DNA of 32,000 bases from Candidatus Kuenenia stuttgartensis (GTDB taxonomy: Bacteria; Planctomycetota; Brocadiia; Brocadiales; Brocadiaceae). The number at the start of each line of letters is the position of its first letter. The first letter of the stretch is position 1. The position numbers and the translations under genes were made by a program. This document shows, piece by piece, positions 8,992-17,198 of the stretch. The notes beneath the pieces were generated by a model. It saw nothing but the letters and a program-made list of their open reading frames with translations, had not been told where the DNA came from and did not search any database. The stretch spans positions 870,001 through 902,000 of the forward strand of contig NZ_LT934425.1 in the NCBI RefSeq assembly GCF_900232105.1, read 5' to 3'.

Positions 8992-10071
8992 ATGAATAAT
9001 AACTTATTAAAAAGATTGGAAGATATGCAAAAACGGTATAACGAGCTGGAAAACTTGCTGGCCGACCCGCAGGTTATAGCTGATTCCGGCCGTTATATGT
9101 CACTCATGAAAGAACACGGATGCCTTTCCAAAATAGTTCATAAATATGCCCAGTTGACAAAAACCTACATAAGAAAACAGGATGCGGAAAACCTGTTATC
9201 TGACGGGGAATTTGCAGATATGGCACGCATGGAACTGGATGAACTGGAAGGCCATGAAAAGGCAATTATGGATGAAATCAAGGAATTATTTATTGCCGAA
9301 GACAAAACCGCCAATAAAAACGTTATTGCTGAAATCAGGGCGGGAACCGGGGGAGAAGAGGCAGCCATTTTTGCGGCGGATCTGTTTCGCATGTATATTA
9401 AATATGCTGAAAGTCAAAATTGGAAAACAGAACTGTTTGATTACAACGAAACTGATTTAGGTGGTTTCAAAGAGGTCACCTTTTCCATAGAAGGTCGTAA
9501 TGTTTACCAGAAATTACGTTTTGAAAGCGGCACACATCGTGTTCAGCGGGTACCGCAAACGGAAGCAAGCGGCAGGGTTCATACTTCAACAGCAACGGTA
9601 GCCATCCTTCCTGAAGTTGAAGAGGTAGAAATTGACATTAATCCGGCAGATATCCTGATAGAAACATTCCGTGCCTCCGGACCAGGGGGGCAAAAGGTAA
9701 ATAAGACGAGTTCCGCCGTCAGGATTACCCATATCTCCACCGGTATTGTTGTAAAATGTCTCGATGAAAAATCACAGCATAAAAACAAGGCAAAAGCAAT
9801 GCGCATACTACGAAGCCGCTTGCATGAATCGATTGAAGAAAAAAACCAGCTTGAACGGGATCAAGTAAGGAGAATTCAGATAGGAACTGGCGACCGTAGC
9901 GAAAAAATTCGTACGTATAATTATTCGCAAAACAGGGTCACCGATCACCGGATAAATTTTTCCGTGTATAATCTTGAACATGTCATGCTGGGATATTTGG
10001 ACGAAATTATTGCTGCCCTTGCTAACCACTACCGGGAAGATCAATTAAAACAGTTGATCACAAGTACATAA
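8992..10071 (+). CDS. prfA: peptide chain release factor 1
   Basis: GGQ loop SGPGGQKVNKTSSAVRITH. RF1-type P-x-T tripeptide region RVQRVPQTEASGRVHTS. ATG at 8992 preferred over the track's TTG at 8989. Confidence 0.95.
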   Translation: MNNNLLKRLEDMQKRYNELENLLADPQVIADSGRYMSLMKEHGCLSKIVHKYAQLTKTYIRKQDAENLLSDGEFADMARMELDELEGHEKAIMDEIKELFIAEDKTANKNVIAEIRAGTGGEEAAIFAADLFRMYIKYAESQNWKTELFDYNETDLGGFKEVTFSIEGRNVYQKLRFESGTHRVQRVPQTEASGRVHTSTATVAILPEVEEVEIDINPADILIETFRASGPGGQKVNKTSSAVRITHISTGIVVKCLDEKSQHKNKAKAMRILRSRLHESIEEKNQLERDQVRRIQIGTGDRSEKIRTYNYSQNRVTDHRINFSVYNLEHVMLGYLDEIIAALANHYREDQLKQLITST

Positions 10072-10207
10072 CCACGTTAAAAATATCCCGGAAAATAGAG
10101 GGTTCACCTTAATACCTTTTTTAATAACAATTTAGTTTTTTGATAAATCCGCCCATGCGTTAATCCGTTGCTTCCGCATGGGGAATAGTTGAGAGGTATT
10201 TTCTCAC

Positions 10208-11179
10208 GTGAAACCTTCTTTTCCTTTTGTTTCAAATCCCAATGACAAAAGTACTAAAGTAGAAAACAAGACGTCCACAACTAAAAACACTGTCGGAAAT
10301 ATCATTCAATGGGCAACAAGGGAATTGCAACGTTCCGGCATTGATACTCCCCGTTTGGACGCAGAGGTTATACTGTCACATCTGCTGAACTGTGATCGCA
10401 TACAATTTCATACACACCCCGACAAACCCGTACAACGCATAATAGCATCACGCTATAAAAAGGCCGTTCAGAGAAGAGCCAAAAGGGTACCGCTCCAATA
10501 CATTACCAACCATGCAGAATTTATGTCCTCAGACTTTTATGTTGACGAAAGGGTACTTATACCGCGTCCGGAAACGGAATTACTAGTGGAAGCGGTTATT
10601 AAAAAGGCAAAAAGTTTCATCCATGAAAATGAAATTGTAATCATTGACATCGGTGTTGGAAGTGGGAATATTGCAATTTCCCTTGCAAAAAATATAAGCA
10701 CTGCGGGAATAATGGCAATAGACATTTCCCCCGAGGCGTTGGATGTCGCCAAAATGAACACACAAAAACACCATTTGCAGGAGAAAATTACGTTTCTCTG
10801 CGGCAATGTATATGAGCCGTTACAATCATGCAGCATCAAAACAAAGGCACATTTCATCGTATCAAACCCCCCCTATATAGCTTCCACCGAATTATCTGAG
10901 CTGCAACAGGAAGTAAGGGATTATGAACCGTACACCGCTCTTATCAGCGGCAATAGTGGTTTGGAAATGTTTGAACGTATCCTGGCAGAAGCAAATTCGT
11001 GGCTAAGGCCGGCAGGTTTTCTCCTTTTGGAAGTAGCCGAAAAACAAGCGCGTCAGGTCATAAAAATGATAAAAAATACAAACATCTTTACATCGATACA
11101 GCGCATAAAAGATTACCAGAACATATCACGCATCATCATTGCACAAAGGGAGGGCAACATTGGACAAGATCGTAATTGA
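10208..11179 (+). CDS. prmC: release-factor glutamine N5-methyltransferase
   Basis: SAM motif IDIGVGSGNIA and catalytic VSNPPYI. GTG start with a GAGAGG SD-like element about 12 nt upstream. Has a ~30-aa polar N-terminal extension. Confidence 0.9.
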   Translation: MKPSFPFVSNPNDKSTKVENKTSTTKNTVGNIIQWATRELQRSGIDTPRLDAEVILSHLLNCDRIQFHTHPDKPVQRIIASRYKKAVQRRAKRVPLQYITNHAEFMSSDFYVDERVLIPRPETELLVEAVIKKAKSFIHENEIVIIDIGVGSGNIAISLAKNISTAGIMAIDISPEALDVAKMNTQKHHLQEKITFLCGNVYEPLQSCSIKTKAHFIVSNPPYIASTELSELQQEVRDYEPYTALISGNSGLEMFERILAEANSWLRPAGFLLLEVAEKQARQVIKMIKNTNIFTSIQRIKDYQNISRIIIAQREGNIGQDRN

Positions 11180-12434
11180 AGGTGGACATCGTTTGGAAGG
11201 AAAAGTACGCATAAATGGCGCAAAAAATGCAGCATTACCTATTATGGCTGCATGTTTATTACTCCATGGCCCCTCGCGTATAAAAGGAATACCCAATATT
11301 GTCGATATTCAGACGCAGATAAAAATATTGAAAAATCTTGGGGGAGATATCCGGCACATCGAAGACGGTTCTCTTGGAATAATATTTCGGGATGGCGAGC
11401 ATAAAGAAAAGATTACAGCGCCTTACGATTTGGTAAGAAAAATGAGGGCGTCCGTCTGTGTTCTGGGCCCACTACTCAGTAAACGTGGCAATGCAAAGGT
11501 TTCATATCCTGGAGGATGTGTTATCGGGCAACGTCCTATAGATTTACATTTGAAAGGACTTAAGGCATTAGGCGCCAGGATTGAAACGGATGAAGGATAT
11601 GTAATCGCCTCAGCAGGCACACTGAAAGGCACACGTATTTCTTTAAAAGGGCAATACGGCACGACGGTACTGGGGACATGCAATGTTATGACTGCTGCTG
11701 TATTGGCAGAAGGCACAACGATCATTGAAGATGCAGCTTGCGAACCTGAAGTGCAGGATCTTGCTTATTTCCTTAACAAAGCCGGCGCTAAGATTTCCGG
11801 CATAGGAGGCAGCATACTCACCATTGAAGGCGTTAAGGAATTGCACGGTGTGGACTATGAAATCATACCTGATAGAATAGAGGCAGGAACATTTATGATT
11901 GCCGGGGCGATAACGAAAGGAGAAATTACGCTGGAGAATGTCAGGAACGATCACCTTGTCGCAACAATCGAAAAATTGCGCGAAATAGGCGTGGAAGTAA
12001 CTGCAAATGGCAATACCGCCGTGGTGAAAAGCAATAATACCTACCGGCCCGCCAATATAACAACGATGCCATATCCATGCCTGCCCACCGATATGCAGGC
12101 ACAATTTATGGCCTTGCTTTGTACAATATCAGGGAAAAGTGTAATTGCCGAAAAAATATTCCCAGACAGATTTATCCACTCCGCGGAATTAAGAAGAATG
12201 GGGGCAGATATTCGGGTAGACGTCCCGTATGCCACAATAAACGGGTCCCCTTTTCTTTCGGGTACTCACGTCATGGTTTCTGACCTCCGTGCCGGCGCCG
12301 GGCTAGTGCTTGCAGGTCTTGTGGCAAAAGGCACAACCCACATCCACCGTATCTACCATTTGGACAGGGGATATGAACAGATCGAAAAACGTCTGTCTCA
12401 ACTCGGCGCTCATATAACACGGGTAAGCGAGTAA
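11160..12434 (+). CDS. murA: UDP-N-acetylglucosamine 1-carboxyvinyltransferase
   Basis: MDKIVIEGGHRLEGKVRINGAKNAALP, with the active-site Cys in YPGGCVIGQRPIDLH. I place the start at TTG 11160, which has a GGGAGGG SD 6-7 nt upstream, rather than the track's TTG at 11139. Overlaps the prmC stop by 20 nt. Confidence 0.95.
   Translation: MDKIVIEGGHRLEGKVRINGAKNAALPIMAACLLLHGPSRIKGIPNIVDIQTQIKILKNLGGDIRHIEDGSLGIIFRDGEHKEKITAPYDLVRKMRASVCVLGPLLSKRGNAKVSYPGGCVIGQRPIDLHLKGLKALGARIETDEGYVIASAGTLKGTRISLKGQYGTTVLGTCNVMTAAVLAEGTTIIEDAACEPEVQDLAYFLNKAGAKISGIGGSILTIEGVKELHGVDYEIIPDRIEAGTFMIAGAITKGEITLENVRNDHLVATIEKLREIGVEVTANGNTAVVKSNNTYRPANITTMPYPCLPTDMQAQFMALLCTISGKSVIAEKIFPDRFIHSAELRRMGADIRVDVPYATINGSPFLSGTHVMVSDLRAGAGLVLAGLVAKGTTHIHRIYHLDRGYEQIEKRLSQLGAHITRVSE
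12254..12288. repeat. 35-bp direct repeat, copy 1 (inside murA)
   Basis: TCTTTCGGGTACTCACGTCATGGTTTCTGACCTCC, identical to 12638-12672. Confidence 0.9.
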
Positions 12435-12637
12435 AACATTTCCGGCGCTTTGTTGTTAGACTGCAACGAGAATAAAACATTTTCCTTGTAGTAGCAAGGC
12501 GCACCTTGCCACTACAAATCATACCCCTATAGGTAGATTCTTTTTCAAAAAACTAAAATATTACTACAATTGTGTTCTCAAAACAGTAGCTTGAGAACAA
12601 GAATGGAGAATCTACAAATATTTGGGAATGCTCCCGC

Positions 12638-12672
12638 TCTTTCGGGTACTCACGTCATGGTTTCTGACCTCC
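12638..12672. repeat. 35-bp direct repeat, copy 2 (204 bp past the murA stop)
   Basis: Perfect copy of 12254-12288. In the murA frame it would read ..GTHVMVSDLL-stop, so it is a detached internal gene fragment. Confidence 0.9.
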
Positions 12673-12699
12673 TTTGAAATAGTTTAAGTATAGCTTATT

Positions 12700-13026
12700 T
12701 CAATAAGAGAAATTCCATTTCCGTATGAAGCAAAACACCACCAAGATCAAATCGGCAAATAGCCTGACGGCGCTATTTGCGATGTTTAGAGCAACAAAAA
12801 AAGTACCCGCTTCTGCTTCTTCAGTAAAAAACACCTCCAACCACGGTTTCAATAAATACTTAGAGAAGAAATAGAGAAGAAAACCGGCGGCTGCAATATA
12901 AAAAATATTTTTGCCCCATAAAACATAATCCCTGATTCTCATCAAAGAATCTTTCTTTGAGCCTTTTGCATCACAAAAGCCAAAAGCAATGTCGCCTATT
13001 TTGTCTCTGACAGTAGCAGAATTCAT
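12700..13026 (-). CDS. hypothetical small membrane protein
   Basis: 108-aa ORF with two hydrophobic helices (IFYIAAAGFLLYFF, FADLILVVFCFI). No recognisable family, and it lies in a scar region, so coding status is uncertain. Confidence 0.4.
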   Translation of the reverse strand: MNSATVRDKIGDIAFGFCDAKGSKKDSLMRIRDYVLWGKNIFYIAAAGFLLYFFSKYLLKPWLEVFFTEEAEAGTFFVALNIANSAVRLFADLILVVFCFIRKWNFSY

Positions 13027-13140
13027 AAGAAGATATGCGGCTAAAAAAAGGATTATAATTAAAACATCACCGCATATATCCGGCAGGCTGGGTGTATGGA
13101 ATTCAAAATGATGGCCATGTCTCCTCCAAATTGTAAAACA

Positions 13141-13641
13141 TTAAAAAGAATAAGTATCCGTCTTTATGCGTAACTTCTCCTCCCTTCCGTTCTTTGCCAG
13201 CCTCTGTCCTGCCTTTACCACCACATCATTAATCTTGCCCAACGTCTCCTCATCGAGCAATCTTACGTTATCCCTGATGCTTTGCAGCGAATACTTCTTA
13301 CCCCTCCCAAATACGGCATCTACTCCCATTATCTGGCGAATCAGACTATGGTGATTCACCATATCTTCCAACCTGTCATAATCCGCATCTAATCCCAATC
13401 TCACCACTCCTATTACCATTATCTGCCATAACTCCATCCCATTACGCCCTGTCTCTTTCTTCCCACACTTTACCTTTGCTTCCAATACCCTGAATACTTC
13501 CTCTCGTAATTCCTCTGTAACAAATATGTATTGTAATGCCCTCAATATCGGCGCTAACTCATCCCTGCTCTTTTCGGGAATTTCTACCTCTGATATTGGT
13601 GTGCTTCCAAGTCTCCTTTGCGGCTCGAATCTTTTTCTCAT
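13141..13641 (-). pseudogene. ISNCY-like transposase, N-terminal fragment (3'-truncated)
   Basis: MRKRFEPQRRLGSTPISEVEIPEKSRDELAPILRALQYIFVT...VVRLGLDADYDRLEDMVNHHSLIRQIMGV matches my recollection of ISNCY-family transposase N-termini. The ORF stops at ..LRIKTDTYSF, where homologues continue through the first catalytic Asp region. The AAGGAG SD fits the ATG at 13641; the track start at 13710 is probably read-through. Confidence 0.7.
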
Positions 13642-13788
13642 GGCGTGGCAGTTCTCCTTTTGATGACTCTGTTTTTCTGATGTTTTGGGCGAATGTTTGT
13701 CTCTTTTCACCCCTTGGTACCCTCGCTTCCCTTATTCTACGCCCTAAGTTTAACATCTACTCACTATACTTTCAACCCTTCATGCAGA

Positions 13789-13805
13789 CACGGCAACGTC
13801 AAAGT
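13789..13805. repeat. 17-bp inverted repeat, left arm (flanks the DUF4338 ORF)
   Basis: CACGGCAACGTCAAAGT. Its reverse complement ACTTTGACGTTGCCGTG matches 14524-14540 at 14 of 17 positions (8 + 6 exact blocks). Confidence 0.6.
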
Positions 13806-13825
13806 CACCCTACGAAAGACGCGGA

Positions 13826-14446
13826 TCAAGAATTTGTGCCAAAAGCTCCCGTCAATAGTTGTTTTTGGACTTGTGCTTTCAATGAGCGAACAAAGACCAT
13901 CTTTGGCTTATTGTGCAGAAGATAGCCTTGTGATGATCTGGCAAAACCGGTTGAATGTCCTAAAAAAATCCATCCTGCGGCCTTATAGCAGACGCCTTTA
14001 AAAAAACGAGGATCGACAAAGGTCTCCACAAGCCAGATTGGATGCCCATAGACCTTAGTCCAGTCTTGTGATAAGCGTTTAAGGTTAAGAGAAAGAATAC
14101 GGGAGGCAAGGTTTGGTACGTGTATCTGAGGAAGGATCAGGAAACGTGAGTTGTTTGCTATGAGTTTCAGTCGTTGCGATTTTAAAAATGGCGGCCATCC
14201 AATCCACTTATCGCGAACGGTACATTTTAATGCTGCGGCAGCCCAGCCGATCAAGGCAAGCCATTGTCCCTGTGATTCTGCTACATAGCGAATTGATTCT
14301 CCTACGAGAGAATGAAATACAAGGTAATGATGCTGGCGCATCAGTATGTCCCAATTTGCCTGGTCGTTTTGTGAAACAGGACGAACGGTAATTGAACAAA
14401 GTAGTTCATTGTGTGTGTTATCGATTGGTGTTGTATGCTGGTTCAT
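13826..14446 (-). CDS. DUF4338-like (DruA-type domain) protein
   Basis: 206 aa with HHYL.F..LVGESIRYVA...WLALIGWAAAALKCTVRDKWIGW...LIANNSRFLILP..HVPNLASRILSL...DW...YGHPIWLVETFVDP.RFKGVCYKAAGW. This is the conserved block pattern I recall for DUF4338. No SD is visible at the ATG. Confidence 0.7.
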   Translation of the reverse strand: MNQHTTPIDNTHNELLCSITVRPVSQNDQANWDILMRQHHYLVFHSLVGESIRYVAESQGQWLALIGWAAAALKCTVRDKWIGWPPFLKSQRLKLIANNSRFLILPQIHVPNLASRILSLNLKRLSQDWTKVYGHPIWLVETFVDPRFFKGVCYKAAGWIFLGHSTGFARSSQGYLLHNKPKMVFVRSLKAQVQKQLLTGAFGTNS

Positions 14447-14523
14447 GCCCTATAATATAAAATATTTTAGGGGGAATGTCCACGTTTTTTTACATATCTT
14501 TGTATATTATGCGCTTATGGAAA

Positions 14524-14540
14524 ACTTTGACAGCGCCGTG
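14524..14540. repeat. 17-bp inverted repeat, right arm
   Basis: ACTTTGACAGCGCCGTG, ending 5 nt before the ATG of the truncated transposase ORF. Partner at 13789-13805. Confidence 0.6.
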
Positions 14541-14545
14541 ACATT

Positions 14546-15556
14546 ATGGGCCATTCCTGTCAGGTTGTTTCTCTTTTAGCTGAAGCCGGGAAAAGTTGTT
14601 TTGCTATTCCACTGGTGAGCAGAATTCATAAAGGCGTTGTCTTTTCAAACAGAGACCAAAGAACCTTACTCGACAAAATGGTTTTATTGATTAATTCTCT
14701 GGAGCTGAAAGAATTGTTCTACTTTATTGCAGACGCCTATTACGCATCCCATGCTATTATTAATGGCGTAGTTGCCCGGGGCAGCCACTTGATTAGCAGG
14801 GTAAGGAGTAATGCCGTTGCATACTTTCCCGTGGAACCGACTCCTGAAAAGAAAGGACGTGGACGACCCAAAAAATATGGTATGAAAGTAAAATTAAAAA
14901 CATTGTTGAATGATCGCGCATCAATGAAGGAGGCGGAAAGTCCGGTTTATGGAGAGCAAGGCATAAAAATAAATTATAGAACCCTTGATCTGCTTTGGAA
15001 ACCCGTGGGTATTCTTATTCGATTTGTATTGGTGGATCACCCTCAAAGAGGGAAAATTATTTTAATGAGTACGGATTTAACTATTAATGCAATGGAAATT
15101 ATCTGCCTGTATGGATTGCGTTTCAAAATCGAAGTGTCTTTCAAACAGGCGCTTAGAACCTTGGGCGCATATGCCTACCATTTTTGGATGAGAAATATGC
15201 AGCCAATTAAAAGACGTTCCGGCAATCAACATGTTCACAAAAGAAGCTCTGAATACAGAAATGCAGTTCGCAGAAAACTTGCAGCCTATCACAGACATAT
15301 ACAGGCCGGCGTTATTGCACAGGGGCTTTTGCAATATATTTCTTCAGCATTTCCATCGCTTGTTTGGAATTCCTTCGGGTCATGGTTGCGGACTATGAGG
15401 CCGGGAATTTGTCCTTCAGAACAAGTGACGGCCATTGCAATGAGAAATTGCCTTCCTGAATTTCTCGTGGATTCATCTCAAAAGTCAATCCTTACAAAAT
15501 TTATTCTTGAACGAATCGATTTTTCCAGGGCAGAAGGGGCTCGATTGGTCGCATAG
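14546..15556 (+). pseudogene. IS4/IS701-superfamily DDE transposase, 5'-truncated
   Basis: 336-aa ORF containing YFIADAYYAS (second Asp region), GRGRPKKYG and LYGLRFKIEVSFKQALRTLG (Y-x2-R-x3-E-x6-K block). The N-terminal region with the first catalytic Asp is missing, and an in-frame stop sits at 14528-14530. Confidence 0.75.
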
Positions 15557-15876
15557 TTGCTTTTACTACACTTTTTAACTATTTTATTTTCACTCACAAG
15601 GTATTTTTACTCGTGAGAATGGGATTAGTGCCTACTGTAAAATACGGTACTCTCAAGTTATATATTTTATTATGCTATTAAAAATTAAATGTCAACAGTA
15701 AAAAAAACTGAATGTATAGATCGAATCTTCGTTACGTATTTTATTAGTTGAAAGTGTTGCTAAAAAAGCGGAAAAATGTATTGGATATGTGAAAAGTTGT
15801 GTGCATTTTAATGATTTCAGCGATCGCTCCAGGTCAGAATTGTCTGTTTGCTGTGCCATAAAATACAGCGAAACAG

Positions 15877-15922
15877 GGGGAAACTTCCCGGATTAATTTT
15901 TGAAATATGGGAAGTGTTCCCC
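15877..15922 (-). terminator. candidate terminator of the heptose operon
   Basis: On the minus strand, 14 nt after the gmhB stop: GGGGAACACTTCCC - 19-nt loop - GGGAAGTTTCCCC, followed by CTGTTTCGCTGTATTTTA. A second hairpin (15843-15876) follows directly. Confidence 0.4.
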
Positions 15923-15935
15923 TATTTACTCCAAT

Positions 15936-16499
15936 TTACTCGGGGATAAAAAGCCGGGCAGCCTCTAAAAGATCTTTCACTACGTAGTCTGCCCCAAAGG
16001 GCGCATCCGGGTCAGCTTCCTGTTCATGATTTGGATTTATAATGAGCGCCGATTTACAACCGGCTTCTTTGCCAGCAAGAATATCCGCAGGGGAATCACC
16101 AATCATTATTGATTGCGACAGGTCGATATTGTATTGTTGTGCAGCATCAAATAACATCTTAGGCCGTGGTTTTCTGCAATCGCAATGCATCCTGTATTGT
16201 TCGACTACGCCTTCTGCATGATGCGGACAATAATAGAAGGCATCAACCTCAGCCTTTTCTATGATTAATATTTTTTTCAGTTTTTCATGGGTTTGTATTA
16301 AAGATTGTTCGTCAAAATATCCCCTGGCAATACCTGATTGATTTGTTACAACAATAATCAGATAATCATGATCCTTGAAAAGGCGTATGCCTTCAACCGC
16401 ATGGGGTAATAATTTCAACTGTTCCGGTGAACTTAAATAGGGCGTGTGGACAACTATGGTGCCGTCCCGATCAAGAAATGCGGCTCTTTTCTTTTTCAT
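15936..16499 (-). CDS. gmhB: D-glycero-D-manno-heptose 1,7-bisphosphate phosphatase
   Basis: HAD motif I FLDRDGTI, VVTNQSG, Zn-binding CPHH...CDCRKP, and GDSPAD. Confidence 0.9.
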   Translation of the reverse strand: MKKKRAAFLDRDGTIVVHTPYLSSPEQLKLLPHAVEGIRLFKDHDYLIIVVTNQSGIARGYFDEQSLIQTHEKLKKILIIEKAEVDAFYYCPHHAEGVVEQYRMHCDCRKPRPKMLFDAAQQYNIDLSQSIMIGDSPADILAGKEAGCKSALIINPNHEQEADPDAPFGADYVVKDLLEAARLFIPE

Positions 16500-17095
16500 T
16501 CAGGAACATGTCCAAAAATGTCTTTCTCGATAAGAGAACACAAAATATGCCCGATGGTAATATGGCATTCCTGTATCCTTGGCGTGTTTGAGGAAGGTAC
16601 TTTTATGCAAAAATCTACCTCATTTTTTAAGAGACCCCCACCCATTCCGGTAAAACCCACGGTTATTGCTTTTAAGTCCCGGGCAATTTTGACCGCATTC
16701 AGTATATTTTTTGAGTTTCCGCTTGTAGTAAATGCCAGAACAATATCTCCCGCCTTTACCAGCGCCTCTACCTGTCTGGAGAAACACAAGTCATAGCCAA
16801 AATCATTTGCAATTGCGGTCATTACAGAACTATCCGTTGTTATGGCGATTGCCGGAAGGGGCCGCCGGTTCATTTTGAACCGGCCTATCATTTCTCCCGC
16901 TATATGCTGCGCATCTGCTGCGCTCCCGCCATTTCCCATCAAGTACATAAAGTTGTTATTTTTAAACGCCCTGACGATAACATCGGCAACGTCTCTGACA
17001 ATCTCAACGTGGGTTGACAATAGTTTTTTTATTGTATCGATACTCTCTTGTAATTGGTATTCAATATCATTCATAAATAGTTCTTGTGTTTTCAT
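16496..17095 (-). CDS. gmhA: phosphoheptose isomerase (SIS domain)
   Basis: GNGGSAADAQHIAGE, TTSGNS and QECHITIGH blocks. 4-nt overlap with gmhB. Confidence 0.9.
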   Translation of the reverse strand: MKTQELFMNDIEYQLQESIDTIKKLLSTHVEIVRDVADVIVRAFKNNNFMYLMGNGGSAADAQHIAGEMIGRFKMNRRPLPAIAITTDSSVMTAIANDFGYDLCFSRQVEALVKAGDIVLAFTTSGNSKNILNAVKIARDLKAITVGFTGMGGGLLKNEVDFCIKVPSSNTPRIQECHITIGHILCSLIEKDIFGHVPE

Positions 17096-17198
17096 ATAAA
17101 TCAGGCTGCCTTTGGCAGCGTTTATTCAGTTGTTGATGCTAATGTAGAGACGCATGCAATGCGTCTCTACAAAAAAGTAAGGTATAACTGCCTGTTTT

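Noticed and set aside
9553-9561. RF1 codon-recognition tripeptide reads PQT instead of the familiar PAT/PVT
   Set aside because: The middle position of P-x-T is variable among RF1 proteins as far as I know. I cannot judge rarity without an alignment, so I do not treat it as a recoding signal.
10152-10182. 8-bp hairpin (CCCATGCG/CGCATGGG) between prfA and prmC considered as an attenuator
   Set aside because: It has no T-run, no alternative pairing is evident, and the genes are functionally linked and probably co-transcribed.
12435-12700. Searched for a tRNA/tmRNA gene as an integration target next to the 35-bp duplication
   Set aside because: No T-loop (GGTTCGAATCC-like) or cloverleaf-compatible sequence was seen here or elsewhere in the window.
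13059-13118. 19-codon minus-strand ORF (MAIILNSIHPACRIYAVMF) with a strong GGAGGAG SD
   Set aside because: It lies in the scar between a truncated transposase and a doubtful membrane ORF. There is no way to assess conservation here, and it is probably a remnant.
13826-14446. DUF4338 ORF considered as evidence for a Druantia defence system
   Set aside because: Druantia requires a large DruE helicase and further dru genes next to druA, and none is present. The neighbours are transposase fragments, and the ORF is about half the length I would expect for DruA.
17144-17170. Perfect 11-bp hairpin (GTAGAGACGCA/TGCGTCTCTAC) between hldE and gmhA considered as a terminator and as related to the AGAGACG heptamers
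   Set aside because: On the transcribed (minus) strand the T-run precedes rather than follows the stem, so it is not a canonical terminator. It may be an intercistronic stabiliser. Sharing one 7-mer with the heptamer array is within chance expectation for 64 kb of two-strand sequence.
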